This document shows positions 29,605 through 40,699 of a stretch of DNA of 64,000 nt, piece by piece. Each line of letters opens with the position of its first letter. Positions within the stretch are counted from its first letter, which is position 1. The translations under genes were made by a program, and so were the position numbers. The DNA lies in IMG/VR virus record IMGVR_UViG_3300021959_010405, positions 53,430 to 117,429 of that record; one strand, written 5' to 3'. The stretch comes from a virus. The notes under the pieces are model-generated. The model was not told the DNA's origin, did not search any database, and was given only the letters and a program-made list of their open reading frames with translations.

Positions 29605-30454
29605 GATCTGTACCTAAAATACCAAAAATATCATCTTGGGATATTAGTTCCAGCATTATCTGTATCGGGTATGTAATACCATTGTAGTGCATAAATGTAG
29701 ATGGCTCTGGTCGTGGTTGTTGAGGTGTTGCAAGAGACCCATCACCTATACAAATATTGCCATCTGTGCTCACTCTAAGACCTACTCTAGCAGTTTTACA
29801 GATATTAAAATAACCATCTATTGTAGATGTAATACTTGTTTTACCTGTTAATGATTCTGCTGGTATATGTTTTATATCACTGACAATCATAGATCTTTGA
29901 GGGCTATCTAATTGCGCTATGTCTGTAGATATTGCACAACCATAAGGATCTCCTAGGTATATACCATTATTTTCAAAATATTTTCCTGGATTTCTTACAG
30001 AAAAGCAAGCAGCAGCATGCACTCTATATGTACCTGGCGGTAGTAAGATACCTTCATCGCTAAAAATATTTAATCTATTATCTGTATAATATTTCTCCAG
30101 TGTATTGACCGCAAGGTGATTTACTGGCAATACTTTATTAACCTCATTTATTATTACAAAATCTTGATTTAAGTCAGGGGAGTTTTTATAGTATACAACA
30201 ATAGCTTCTTTAAATTTAGACCCAGCTTGTATATTGTCTTGCTGCTCAACAAAATCGCTATACACATTGTTTATACCTTGCTCTGTTTGATCTACTAATG
30301 ATCCAAACTGTGTATTGTAGTTTTTAAATTTAATATTATCAATCGCGATTGATTTAAGGCCTGTATCTGTATCTATAATAATACTATTATCCCCACTTGG
30401 TGTTGTATTAGATGGCAGATTATCCAGATTTACAGATATTGGTTTTTTATTCAT
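29594..30454 (-). CDS. Structural protein, paralog 1 (C1q/BclA-like beta domain)
   Basis: LPPGTYRV, QIMLELIS; N-terminal motif shared with 30455 and 33127. Confidence 0.6.
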   Translation of the reverse strand: MNKKPISVNLDNLPSNTTPSGDNSIIIDTDTGLKSIAIDNIKFKNYNTQFGSLVDQTEQGINNVYSDFVEQQDNIQAGSKFKEAIVVYYKNSPDLNQDFVIINEVNKVLPVNHLAVNTLEKYYTDNRLNIFSDEGILLPPGTYRVHAAACFSVRNPGKYFENNGIYLGDPYGCAISTDIAQLDSPQRSMIVSDIKHIPAESLTGKTSITSTIDGYFNICKTARVGLRVSTDGNICIGDGSLATPQQPRPEPSTFMHYNGITYPIQIMLELISQDDIFGILGTDLTA

Positions 30455-32233
30455 TTATATTATTTCTACATTATAGAGGTAAATTCCACTCTCAGCTAAT
30501 GTGTCTCCAGTTACATGATCTATAGCGCTAATAAAAACAGTTTCAGCACCAGAAATATTATTTACATCAAATTCTATCTCAGTCCTCCCATTTGAAAGAG
30601 CTACCTCAACATATACAAACCCATCGCTACTAGAATCTATAGTAGATAAAATGCTTGGGCCCCGAATTGCTGTAATTACCCCAGTATCTATCTCTCCAAT
30701 CTTTATATAGGCAAGAGCTTCTGTAGCATTTTCGCTTGTAAGTGTTATTGAAGCTGAATCTCCATTGGTTATAGAGCTTCGACTTACTGATAATTTATAA
30801 TCTGGTTTTTTGGCATTAGTATTGTTTGTACCTACATTAATAGTAGATGAGCTATTCCCACCTTCTGGACATCCAGTGTCAGCTGGGTCAGTATTGTATA
30901 TAATATCAGCAATAACACTATTTTTATCTACTCTTACAACTGTATCAAATTTATCACTTACATTACTAGTAGATGTTGATGGTAGTAATCCCCACCACCC
31001 AGCTGCTAATTCATTTAGATTTTGATCTCTTACATCATAACTAGCATTATTACTTTCTACTTCAGTTATTTCTCCAGTTTTTTTAGGTATTTGAGTTCTA
31101 TATTTTATAGTATCTCCCTTTTTCACTAATCCTTTATGTGCACTCGGATCTGTAATAAAACCTCTATATTCACCAGTAACTTTACCTTGAAATCTACTAT
31201 AAGGCAAACTATTAATAGTCATTTCTAAGTCAGTTGGTTTTACAATTGTGTTATTGCTAATATACTGAAGCCATCCTGCATTATAAATTAATGGTGCCTT
31301 AGGCGGTATAATAAATCTTTGTGACCTACCTACATCAGCTGATGCCTCAGTAGCATTGAGAGAATCAGTATCAGAAATTTTCTCCAATATTATTTGCGCC
31401 GGTCTAAATGCGTTTTTATTAAACTTATCTGATATGCTTGTAAATGTAGACAGTTCGTTTGTATATGTAGAATTAATAATTCCTGGAAATAACGTTCCCT
31501 GAACATTTAAATTTAAACTGAATTCAGTCTTTTGGTTAACATAAAAATATCCATTTAAATTTAGTGTAATGCTCTTACCTACCCCACCATATGTATAACC
31601 TTCACTCCCTATTAATATATCTCTTATAGGTGGTGTCAACTTTTTTAGAGATAAATACGATCTAATGGGCTCATATGAACATGACCCATCAGCTAGTTTT
31701 TGATTTGGTGTTACACTGACACAAGATTTGACTCTATATGTACCTCTTGGTACTGAAAATGTTCCCTCTCCAATAGTTATAGAAGCTGAATCACACTCTG
31801 CTATAGAGTCACTCTCTAGATCTATTGCCGTTTGAAGCTCATTAACTGCTGTATCAGTAAGTAGTACATGGTTTTCAGGCCCACTATACCCCTCACTAGC
31901 TATTATAGCCTCAACAAAATCACTACTATCATCATCTCCTACAGATGACACAGTAGTTGTATTAAATGTATGTATTATTTTTTGAGCTATGTTTAATTCT
32001 TCTGCAGTTGCAGATAAGAATTGTAAATTTGAGGTACTATAAGATAATAAATCTAAAAACTCTGTATAGTTGCTCTCAATTTGAGGTAAGAAATTAATTT
32101 GATCGGAAGTCACGTAAATATTATCAAAGTCGATTAATTTTATTCCAGCAGCTGGCTCTTGTATAATAATTTTATCTCCAGAGATAAACTTATCAGCTCT
32201 AGGTAGATTTTTAATGTTGTTAGAGATCGCCAT
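30455..32233 (-). CDS. Structural protein, paralog 2, with Ig-like C-terminus
   Basis: VPRGTYRV, QIILEKIS; C-terminal YKLSVSRSSITNGDSASITL. Confidence 0.6.
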   Translation of the reverse strand: MAISNNIKNLPRADKFISGDKIIIQEPAAGIKLIDFDNIYVTSDQINFLPQIESNYTEFLDLLSYSTSNLQFLSATAEELNIAQKIIHTFNTTTVSSVGDDDSSDFVEAIIASEGYSGPENHVLLTDTAVNELQTAIDLESDSIAECDSASITIGEGTFSVPRGTYRVKSCVSVTPNQKLADGSCSYEPIRSYLSLKKLTPPIRDILIGSEGYTYGGVGKSITLNLNGYFYVNQKTEFSLNLNVQGTLFPGIINSTYTNELSTFTSISDKFNKNAFRPAQIILEKISDTDSLNATEASADVGRSQRFIIPPKAPLIYNAGWLQYISNNTIVKPTDLEMTINSLPYSRFQGKVTGEYRGFITDPSAHKGLVKKGDTIKYRTQIPKKTGEITEVESNNASYDVRDQNLNELAAGWWGLLPSTSTSNVSDKFDTVVRVDKNSVIADIIYNTDPADTGCPEGGNSSSTINVGTNNTNAKKPDYKLSVSRSSITNGDSASITLTSENATEALAYIKIGEIDTGVITAIRGPSILSTIDSSSDGFVYVEVALSNGRTEIEFDVNNISGAETVFISAIDHVTGDTLAESGIYLYNVEII

Positions 32234-32242
32234 TATTTGTGT

Positions 32243-33130
32243 TTATTTTGTGTAACTATTATAATCCCATGGCTCTTCTACCATATAAGATTTAAAATTT
32301 TTACCATATTCAGATATATTATCTATATAATCAGATTGAGGATATTTATCATGAAATTCAATAAGTACGCTACCTTCCAATTTAAAAAATGTATCGAAAT
32401 TTATACCAATACCACCATATATGCCATATGGCACACTATTCTCAGTAACAATACCATACCATCCATCTTTTAAGGGTAGTAAATCATTAACAAATACATT
32501 ATTTATATTGTAATAATTACTTACAGTATTGGATGATATATTCTCACCAAACCCACCTGGTTCTGTATAAAAATTTCTGGTGCTATTATCTATAGATACT
32601 GGGGTAAATGCTTGTGCATCTAATTTTTTTGCAAAGACATAACTGCCTAATCTGAGGTTACCTGAATCTTCATTTGTATATGCTTGAATATCTCCACTTG
32701 ACATAGACCAAGAGGTAAATCCATCTGTAGATGGTGTTCTATTAGGGGTATCTATACTATATGTCTGTAAGAAATCTGGAATAGATCTTGTTTGGCATGT
32801 TGAATTCCATGGAGAATATATTTGATATTTTCTACATGTTGCTGCTAATAGGTATAATCTAATTTTTTTGAAAGCATCACTGTTAGAAATTCTCGATAAA
32901 CCTTCATACTCATCTACAATATAATCTATAACATCTAGAGGGTTATTAGGAAAACTTAATTTCAGGTCTCTAATAAAATCAGAAACCCCATCTTGATCAT
33001 AATTTGTATTAGATTGGAGATTACTCCAATCCCAACCATCAACATAGAATAGGAACCCAGAAAAATTAAATTTTTTATTTAAATTTAATAATGGTATTGA
33101 ACTGTTAGATATGTAATTTTGTTGGCTCAT
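32243..33130 (-). CDS. Hypothetical structural protein
   Basis: 295-aa ORF embedded in a late structural operon. Confidence 0.55.
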   Translation of the reverse strand: MSQQNYISNSSIPLLNLNKKFNFSGFLFYVDGWDWSNLQSNTNYDQDGVSDFIRDLKLSFPNNPLDVIDYIVDEYEGLSRISNSDAFKKIRLYLLAATCRKYQIYSPWNSTCQTRSIPDFLQTYSIDTPNRTPSTDGFTSWSMSSGDIQAYTNEDSGNLRLGSYVFAKKLDAQAFTPVSIDNSTRNFYTEPGGFGENISSNTVSNYYNINNVFVNDLLPLKDGWYGIVTENSVPYGIYGGIGINFDTFFKLEGSVLIEFHDKYPQSDYIDNISEYGKNFKSYMVEEPWDYNSYTK

Positions 33131-35328
33131 TCATCGTCTTTAAGTTTTCGTGCATTGTTTGGGAAGGATCTAATTTTACCTTTATCTGCTCCCCATATAA
33201 TTCTTGCTGCTCCTTGACCCCCATTTACCCCTACTACACGACTTCTCGATCCCATAAACTCTCCCTTGGCCCCTCCCCCTCCACCATACTCACCACCGAT
33301 GTCTGTTACAGACTGACCTTGATTCTCTTTTGACCCAGCACCGCCTCTTTGGCCATTTTTACTGCTAGTCTCAATACCACGTTGCCCATTATCCCCTTCA
33401 CCATAGAGCCCTACACCACCACCGCCGCCGCCGGCACCGCCATCGAACCTACCACCTTCACCACCGCCACCGCCGCCGCCGGCGCCGGCACCGCCAGGAT
33501 TTCCTGCATAATCACCCCCATTGCCGCCATTTCCGGAGTATCCTCCAGCTCCACCGCCACCACCACCACCAGTAGCTTTCTTTTGAACGCCACCAACACC
33601 GCCAAGACCACCATTGCCACCACCTACATTCTTTATTGATTTGTCTGTGCTGCCAGAATTAGCTCCATTTCGTCGAGCAGTATTTACAGTACCCGCACGA
33701 CCCCCAGCTGCTTTAAGTAGGGGTATATACTTACCTTTTCGTCTTACCTCTATTATTGTATCTCCACCATTTGTTCCTGCATTCTGCTGTCTCTTAGCAT
33801 TAGATTGTCTAGCAATGCCTCCATCACCAACAGTAACTCTTATTGTTTCTCCAGCCTCTACATTGACAAAATTTCTCCATCTCAAATCCCCACCATTACC
33901 TGCGTTCGGTCTCGCATCATTGGTAGCAGCCCCTCCGCCGCCCCCACCTATAGCGACCATAGATATTTCTGTAACACCTTTAGGCACTGTCCAATTATAA
34001 GTTGTAGTATTTGTAAATTCTTTTGCGCCTATTAATACTGGTAGTATTTGTATAGTATCCTCAACACTAGGATATCTAATAAGTTTAATTCGTAGTGTAT
34101 TCCTAGTTTTGTTAGGCAATGTTTTAATTGTAATACTAGCTTTATTGTCGTTTACTATAAAGTCTCCTACTAAGGACTTCACATCTATATCTTTTGTTGT
34201 AACTCCCGATATAATGTAAGGTACACGTGTACCATTTGATAAATCCTCTGTTTCTAAATTAGCTATAAACGAGTTTCCTTCTCTCACTACATCACGATCG
34301 AAAGATAAGCTATATGTGCTAGCAGCTAGCGCATCTACTCTATCTGTAATATCTGGTGGAGGTGTTTCAACTATAGGAGCAAGCGATACTGACTCGAGTG
34401 TGTCGAGTTCTGGTGAAGCAATATTAAAAAGGAATGGATCATCAGATATTTTCTCAAATAATATTTGAACCGGGTTTGTGTATGTAGGGGGCAGATCATT
34501 AACATTGCCAGGAGATGGGTACCCCGCAACATAAATTCCAGCTGTGTGTGCTCTTAAATCAACATAAGATGGGTTACAAATAGATACAAACCCATACATA
34601 TAACAAGTATGTGATGGTAAATTTGTAAATATTTGCTGTTCCTCTGGAACCCATGCAATTGCTGGTAAGCACCAACTGTCTGGAGGTGAGGTGTTTGTAA
34701 TCGCTAGCCCATGATCAATTGCTGGTGTGCTTGCAAGTAAGGTTTGTTGAGGATCAGTAAACTTAAACAGCTCTAATGATATAGCTGCTTTATCACCATT
34801 CCCATATAGATTTCCATTTGCATCAACACCGCCGGGTGGCCCTATTAGAGTAAAAGTAGCATTACATTCAACTCTATATATTCCTGGCGATAATAATAAT
34901 TTATTACCATCTAGTGCATTATAATCACCAGCATTAGGCGATATAGGCAAAGAACTAACACTACTTGCTAAGCTATTAATAGTGTTGACATGTAATGAAC
35001 ATAAAGGCAAAACTGTAGTCGCGATTCCTTCTATGCCTATTTGATCCGACTGGCTATTACTATGGACACTGTAAAATGCTGTCAAGAATTCCGGAGCTAC
35101 AAAATTATTAAATTTATCTTGAGTTTGTTGTTGAATTCCTGCAGATAATATCGGTAATGAGTCAGTCGCATTATCAATAGAATCACTAAAATCGAAATTG
35201 TCTTTATCGAAAATAATGCTTCCAAAGTCTGAAACAGTAGTTCCCTTATCGGTCTCAACTATAACCTGATCAGCTGGTTGTATTAGAGATTTCTTTTCAG
35301 ATAAAGTTTTACGTAAATTATCGGCCAT
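33127..35328 (-). CDS. Structural/tail protein, paralog 3, with Ig-like and glycine-rich domains
   Basis: LSPGIYRV, QILFEKIS; WTVPKGVTEISMVAIGGGGGG glycine-rich domain. Confidence 0.7.
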   Translation of the reverse strand: MADNLRKTLSEKKSLIQPADQVIVETDKGTTVSDFGSIIFDKDNFDFSDSIDNATDSLPILSAGIQQQTQDKFNNFVAPEFLTAFYSVHSNSQSDQIGIEGIATTVLPLCSLHVNTINSLASSVSSLPISPNAGDYNALDGNKLLLSPGIYRVECNATFTLIGPPGGVDANGNLYGNGDKAAISLELFKFTDPQQTLLASTPAIDHGLAITNTSPPDSWCLPAIAWVPEEQQIFTNLPSHTCYMYGFVSICNPSYVDLRAHTAGIYVAGYPSPGNVNDLPPTYTNPVQILFEKISDDPFLFNIASPELDTLESVSLAPIVETPPPDITDRVDALAASTYSLSFDRDVVREGNSFIANLETEDLSNGTRVPYIISGVTTKDIDVKSLVGDFIVNDNKASITIKTLPNKTRNTLRIKLIRYPSVEDTIQILPVLIGAKEFTNTTTYNWTVPKGVTEISMVAIGGGGGGAATNDARPNAGNGGDLRWRNFVNVEAGETIRVTVGDGGIARQSNAKRQQNAGTNGGDTIIEVRRKGKYIPLLKAAGGRAGTVNTARRNGANSGSTDKSIKNVGGGNGGLGGVGGVQKKATGGGGGGGAGGYSGNGGNGGDYAGNPGGAGAGGGGGGGEGGRFDGGAGGGGGGVGLYGEGDNGQRGIETSSKNGQRGGAGSKENQGQSVTDIGGEYGGGGGAKGEFMGSRSRVVGVNGGQGAARIIWGADKGKIRSFPNNARKLKDDE

Positions 35329-35354
35329 TAGCTACTTATATTTATTATGAATAG

Positions 35355-35382
35355 TTGAAAAACAACAAGTATACTATATAAT
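35355..35382 (+). promoter_or_regulatory. Sigma70-like promoter of the glycan cluster
   Basis: TTGAAA-N16-TATAAT, 6 nt before the ATG. Confidence 0.65.
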
Positions 35383-35388
35383 TACTTT

Positions 35389-36210
35389 ATGAATAATAAC
35401 TTCGGAGTAGCGTTTATCACATGCGATAGGGAGGATTTCCTTCATAGGTCGATGAATTCATTTATGTTAGGAATTTCTAAACATAAAAATAATAATGTAG
35501 TTGTAGTTAATGACGGTAAACCGCTCAAAAAAAGTATATCATATGGTGATTTGATACAAAACGAAAAAAATCTTGGGGTTGGTAAAAGTAAAAATTTAGC
35601 GTTAAAAGAATTGATGGGTAGAGGGTTTGATCATATTTTTATTATTGAGGATGATATTATACAAAAAGACAATAGTGTAAATGTATTTGACAAATACATA
35701 GAATACTCCCAAACAACCGGTATTCAGCACTTTATGTATGGTTACCATGGGCCTGCAAACAAAGGTGGAGTTTCTAAAGGATCGCCACTACCTAGATCCG
35801 TTATTGATTATGGAGATGGTATTAAAGTACTTCTCAACCTACATTGTGTTGGTGCATTTTGCTATTATAGTCGGTTGGTTTTGGAAGAAGTAGGGCTTTT
35901 TGATGAGGGTTATAATAATGCATTTGAGCATGTGGATCACTCATATATGATAGCAAAGGCTGGAATGATTCCAGGCTACTGGTGGTGGCCTGATATTGCA
36001 GATAGCTATGAATATCTCGATGAAATTGAGTGTAGTGAGGAGTCTTCATCGATTCGACCGCGAGCTGACTGGCAGGAAAATATAATGAAAGGTGCAGAAA
36101 TATTTTATAAAAAGCATGGATATAAACCAGCTTGGGATGATTATGTTCCAGATAAAAGTGAATATCAAATCAAGAAAATTTTGAAGGAAATCCATAAGAA
36201 ATATACTTGA
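35389..36210 (+). CDS. GT2-like glycosyltransferase
   Basis: VAFITCDR, VVVNDG, NLGVGKSKN, FIIEDD, FEHVD. Confidence 0.8.
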   Translation: MNNNFGVAFITCDREDFLHRSMNSFMLGISKHKNNNVVVVNDGKPLKKSISYGDLIQNEKNLGVGKSKNLALKELMGRGFDHIFIIEDDIIQKDNSVNVFDKYIEYSQTTGIQHFMYGYHGPANKGGVSKGSPLPRSVIDYGDGIKVLLNLHCVGAFCYYSRLVLEEVGLFDEGYNNAFEHVDHSYMIAKAGMIPGYWWWPDIADSYEYLDEIECSEESSSIRPRADWQENIMKGAEIFYKKHGYKPAWDDYVPDKSEYQIKKILKEIHKKYT

Positions 36211-36659
36211 TATGTAAAATATTGCTGGTAAATAATATGTATATGAACGAAGACCTAAAGTGGAGTTGGCGCCCAATCGAGCAAAATGCGCTTAAAAAGA
36301 CTATTTCTGCTATAATAGAATCGGCTGATAATAAGTCAAAATTACAGCTAGATAATGTTGATCCAGAGTTGGTGGATGCTATTACATCCTTACTTGTGAG
36401 TTCCTATCGATGGGGCGCTGAAGAAGCTTCTAGTATCGATATCGATACAATAATCGATGAAAATAGAGACAGATTGCAACCCTCAGACGAAGAAGTTGAT
36501 AAAATGGTTCAAGACGCAGTCAAGCCTCTACTTGAAGAAATTGCAGAGCTTAAACAGCAGAAAACTAAAGATGCTCAATCAATTGGAGGTCTAAGAGGGC
36601 AGCTCACGAAACTAAAAGCAAAGCTTGAGACTCTTGAGTCTGGTGAAAGCGCTGACTAG
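36207..36659 (+). CDS. Hypothetical coiled-coil protein
   Basis: 150-aa ORF in operon. Confidence 0.55.
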   Translation: MICKILLVNNMYMNEDLKWSWRPIEQNALKKTISAIIESADNKSKLQLDNVDPELVDAITSLLVSSYRWGAEEASSIDIDTIIDENRDRLQPSDEEVDKMVQDAVKPLLEEIAELKQQKTKDAQSIGGLRGQLTKLKAKLETLESGESAD

Positions 36660-36671
36660 CAATTCTAATAG

Positions 36672-37517
36672 ATGGTTACAGTTGTCATCACCCATTATAA
36701 TAGAGTACATCTTCTAGAGAGGGCTTTATATTCTTTTAAACACAACAAATCCGCAGAATTTAATGTAATTATAGTTGATGACTGTAGTAACGATCTAGAG
36801 ATTAAAAAATTAATATCTTTAAAGAAAAAGTATAATCAATATTTTAATATTGATATTATCTTAATAGATAAAAAGGATAAGTGGTATGATAATCCATGTA
36901 TACCATTTAATATAGGTATACGAGAAGCCAGAGGAGATATTGTAATAATCCAGTCTGCAGAGTGTATTCATCTCGGCAATGTTATTGATCATGCAAATAA
37001 AAACTTAACAGCTAATAATTATTTTTCTTACAGTTGTTATTCTGTTGATAAAGAACAAACTAAATCTTTATTGACTGATAAAGATTACAGTCCTCATGAA
37101 TTGCTTGATTTAATTAATCCTCCAAATAATGCCGCAGTTACTCATTGCGAGGAAAAGGGATGGTATAATCACCCTGTTTATAGACCATTAGGGTATCATT
37201 GGTGTAATGCCTACAATCGTGACGATCTATTAAAAATAAAAATGTTTGATGAGAGGTATTCTAAGGGGGTTGCGTATGATGATGATGAATTAAGTTTTAG
37301 ATCTAAAAGAGATCTCAAGCTCAATATTATTGAATCTCCCATTGTACTGCATCAATGGCATGGATTAGAAAATTATTATAAACAAACAAATCAAGTTGAA
37401 AATCAGATAAAACAAGATTATAATAGGAGCATGTTCGAGAGAGTCACTCAATCTGATTATAATAATGATAGTGTTCGAAATGATCTTTCTTTAACCGTAG
37501 ATTATATAAAGAAATGA
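36672..37517 (+). CDS. GT2 glycosyltransferase
   Basis: VVITHYNR, IIVDDCS, PFNIGIREARGD, FDERY...YDDDE. Confidence 0.88.
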   Translation: MVTVVITHYNRVHLLERALYSFKHNKSAEFNVIIVDDCSNDLEIKKLISLKKKYNQYFNIDIILIDKKDKWYDNPCIPFNIGIREARGDIVIIQSAECIHLGNVIDHANKNLTANNYFSYSCYSVDKEQTKSLLTDKDYSPHELLDLINPPNNAAVTHCEEKGWYNHPVYRPLGYHWCNAYNRDDLLKIKMFDERYSKGVAYDDDELSFRSKRDLKLNIIESPIVLHQWHGLENYYKQTNQVENQIKQDYNRSMFERVTQSDYNNDSVRNDLSLTVDYIKK

Positions 37518-38572
37518 AAACGGTAGTTACAGTTACAGGTATCCGACCGGATTTTATTAGAATGAGTAAGATCTTTAAAGAGTTGGATAATAGATTTAAT
37601 CATATTTTAATACACACCGGCCAGCATTATGATAAGCTTCTATCAGGTGTATTTTTTAATGAATTGCAAATTAGATGCCCGGATTATAATTTAGGTATTG
37701 GTTCTCCCGGATCAACTCACTATGAGCAATCTTCACATTTATCTATTAAATTAATCGAACAGTTAAAGGCAATAGGCTATTCTAATATAGATTGTGTAAT
37801 ATATTTAGGTGATTCAAATTCTGTTACCTCTGCAATGGCAGTAAAGAAGGAGGGTCTTAAAGTAGCGCATATTGAAGCTGGAATGAGATCTGGCGATAAA
37901 AGAATGCTTGAAGAAATTAATAGAATTGTCTGCGATCACTGCAGTGATTTCCTATTTACATATCATGATAACTACAACGACAAGCTCTCTAGAGAAAATA
38001 TAACCAGTGGTGTATTTAATTACGGTAATACTATTGTAGAGGTCATTCGCGAAAATTTTGACAATAATGATTTAAATTCCAAGAGTAGAGATTATATTGG
38101 TCTCGATATTCACCGCCCAGAAAATTTTAAATATAAAGATAGATTAATTAATATATTAAATTTTGCTAATAGTTTTGATCTCCCGGTTAAACTATTAAAT
38201 TTCTCACGAACTATAAAACATATCAATGATTTTAATATTGATTGGAGTGAGTATCAAAATATTGAAGTCGTCGACTTAATGTCTTATAAAGAGTTCCTAC
38301 AGTTTCAGTGGGACTCATATTGTATGGTAAGTGACTCTGGCACAGCGCAAGAAGAGCCAGCACTATTAAACACCCCGGTGATTGTTCCGAGAGACTATAC
38401 CGAGCGCCCAGAGTCAGTATATAATGGCTGTTCTATTATGGTTAATGCAAATAAAGAAATTGATCTGAAAGAGTCTTTGGATTTTATTGAATCTTTCAAC
38501 CCTAATATAGAATGGCTAGGTAGTGGCAATACAAGTAAATCTATAGCAAATAAATTAGAAGAGTTATTATGA
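37514..38572 (+). CDS. wecB: UDP-N-acetylglucosamine 2-epimerase (non-hydrolysing)
   Basis: GIRPDFIR, HTGQH, GDSNS, HIEAGMRS, EEINR, DSGTAQEE, TERPE. Confidence 0.93.
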   Translation: MKTVVTVTGIRPDFIRMSKIFKELDNRFNHILIHTGQHYDKLLSGVFFNELQIRCPDYNLGIGSPGSTHYEQSSHLSIKLIEQLKAIGYSNIDCVIYLGDSNSVTSAMAVKKEGLKVAHIEAGMRSGDKRMLEEINRIVCDHCSDFLFTYHDNYNDKLSRENITSGVFNYGNTIVEVIRENFDNNDLNSKSRDYIGLDIHRPENFKYKDRLINILNFANSFDLPVKLLNFSRTIKHINDFNIDWSEYQNIEVVDLMSYKEFLQFQWDSYCMVSDSGTAQEEPALLNTPVIVPRDYTERPESVYNGCSIMVNANKEIDLKESLDFIESFNPNIEWLGSGNTSKSIANKLEELL

Positions 38573-39357
38573 AAAAGAAGATTATTGGTTTCGGTCAACT
38601 TCGAAATGAAAGTGAAAATGGTAATTTAGAGAACTGGTTTCGTTGTATGGAGCCATGCGAACACATTTATATATTTGATCAGGCAAGTACAGATAATAGT
38701 AAAGAGATCTACGAAAAATATAAAGATAAAACTACTGTAATATATAGCCCAACAAATAGATTTGAGGAAGAGTTAATATGTAAATCGGAGCTTTATAAGT
38801 TACTGTTGAAGGAACATCCGGATGTGGATTGGGTATTGTGGTTAGATGGTGATTTGCTTTTAGATGGTAGATTATTACTAGACGATAATTTACAAAAGCT
38901 TTGTAACAAACTGGATGACGCTGGAGTTGATCTCCCACGTTTTGGCCATTATAATTTATGGCGCTCAGATAAGTGGTATCGTAAAGATAATTCATATCAT
39001 AATCTACACGGTCATTGGTTCCCCTTATGGGGTAAGCCTACTAGATTATGGTTTGATGAAAGGCCAGGATTACATCACGGGCAAGTACCGCAAGGAACTC
39101 AAAGCGCAGCTCTCGTCGATGTTAGTGTTATCCATTTTGGATTTAAAAATGAGAAAAAGATTGTTGGTAAATATCTGCATTATAAAAGTCTAGGCCAATC
39201 TGGCTGGGATTTAGATAGATTAATTGATGAAGAAACGTTGGATGTTGATGAAGTACCTAGTGAAATATACCCAGAGTGGTTTAATATTGAGGATACTGAA
39301 AAACCTACTGAAAAAGAGCCATTGCTAAGTCTTTATAAAAATAAATTAAATGAATAA
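38569..39357 (+). CDS. GT2-like glycosyltransferase
   Basis: FDQASTDNS, WVLWLDGD (DxD), VIHFG. Confidence 0.75.
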   Translation: MKKKIIGFGQLRNESENGNLENWFRCMEPCEHIYIFDQASTDNSKEIYEKYKDKTTVIYSPTNRFEEELICKSELYKLLLKEHPDVDWVLWLDGDLLLDGRLLLDDNLQKLCNKLDDAGVDLPRFGHYNLWRSDKWYRKDNSYHNLHGHWFPLWGKPTRLWFDERPGLHHGQVPQGTQSAALVDVSVIHFGFKNEKKIVGKYLHYKSLGQSGWDLDRLIDEETLDVDEVPSEIYPEWFNIEDTEKPTEKEPLLSLYKNKLNE

Positions 39358-40099
39358 AGAAGTGGAAGTAATTGCAATGGTATATAAAAGTACCAAGTTT
39401 GCAGAATTCATAATTGATCAGCTCAAACAATATTGTAAAAGTGATACAATTGATTGCTCGTTTACTATTGTATGTAATGATGCAACTGATCGCGTTATTA
39501 AATTTATCGAGAAATCAGGTGTTAATTATAAAATCTATAAAGATAGTAAACCTGAGGATTATTATTTAAATAGAGTTTATAGGGCTTGGAATTATGGCGG
39601 GTTTACTTGCAATAAAGAAAATTTAATTTTTGTCAATAGTGATATGGCATTTAGCGATGGTTGGATAGAAAATCTTTTTAAGCATCATGACGGTATAAAT
39701 ATACCTTGTAGTAGATTAGTTGAGAGCGGTAAATTACCAGTTGGCTCCGGCATACCAAATAATGGGTGGGCAAGAGCATTTAATTTCGGTAATCATCCTG
39801 ATAATTTTAATAGATCCGGATGGCAAGAAAGCTCAAAAATTTCAAAAATAGATAACATTGGAGATAAAGGTTTATATATGCCCTGCCTTTTAAATACTGC
39901 GAAATTTAAAGAAACAGGTGGATATCCAGAAGGTAATTTATATGAAGGCGGTGTTGGTAAACACAATACAGGGTTTATAAAATCCGGAGATGATTATTAT
40001 TTTCATGATATTTTAGAAAATGAATATAATATGAAACATATTACGGTTTTTGATTCTTTAGTTTATCATATGCAAGAAGGGGAAAAAGATGAGTTATGA
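39350..40099 (+). CDS. GT-A fold glycosyltransferase
   Basis: RAWNYG, IFVNSDM, GDD, VYHMQEG. Confidence 0.7.
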   Translation: MNKEVEVIAMVYKSTKFAEFIIDQLKQYCKSDTIDCSFTIVCNDATDRVIKFIEKSGVNYKIYKDSKPEDYYLNRVYRAWNYGGFTCNKENLIFVNSDMAFSDGWIENLFKHHDGINIPCSRLVESGKLPVGSGIPNNGWARAFNFGNHPDNFNRSGWQESSKISKIDNIGDKGLYMPCLLNTAKFKETGGYPEGNLYEGGVGKHNTGFIKSGDDYYFHDILENEYNMKHITVFDSLVYHMQEGEKDEL

Positions 40100-40626
40100 G
40101 ACACGAGAAATTTATTGAATATATCGCAGCGGGTAAAAGACCAAAATCATATTTAGAGCTTGGTCTGTATCGTGGCAAGACAATTAATAACGTATCAAAA
40201 TATATAGATAATAAAGAAAATGTTGTAGGGGTTGACATATCCCGAGATATAATTATCGATGGTGTTTTTTATAATATGTCAACAGATAATTTTTTTATTC
40301 AAAATGAAAAGAGTTTTGATATGATTTTTATTGATGCGGATCATAGCTACGAAAGCGTTAAAAAAGACTTTAACAACTCGCTAAAAATTTTAAATAGAGG
40401 AGGTATAATAATTTTACATGATACCGATCCGGAGAGCGACAGCCTATTCAGTAAAGGTTATTGTGGTGATGCATATAAAATTGTAAATGAACTAGAGTTA
40501 GACAAAAATCTTAATGTAATTACATTACCAATTCAAGAGGCTGGACTATCTATTGTAACTAGAAAAAACGAAACGCGCACAAAATTGAGAAATCAAGATC
40601 TACCCGGAGGGTGTAGCTTCATGTAG
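40096..40626 (+). CDS. Class I SAM methyltransferase (Methyltransf_24-like)
   Basis: YLELGLYRG, GVDI, FDMIFIDADHSYE, GGIIILHD. Confidence 0.85.
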   Translation: MRHEKFIEYIAAGKRPKSYLELGLYRGKTINNVSKYIDNKENVVGVDISRDIIIDGVFYNMSTDNFFIQNEKSFDMIFIDADHSYESVKKDFNNSLKILNRGGIIILHDTDPESDSLFSKGYCGDAYKIVNELELDKNLNVITLPIQEAGLSIVTRKNETRTKLRNQDLPGGCSFM

Positions 40627-40699
40627 ATCTGGAGGATGGTATACAAACTAAAGAATTTCTTAAAAATTATACAAACACAATAAACGGAGGTTATTAAAA

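Noticed and set aside
33349-34035. Plus-strand Ala/Thr/Pro-rich ORFs
   Set aside because: Antisense shadows of the glycine-rich domain
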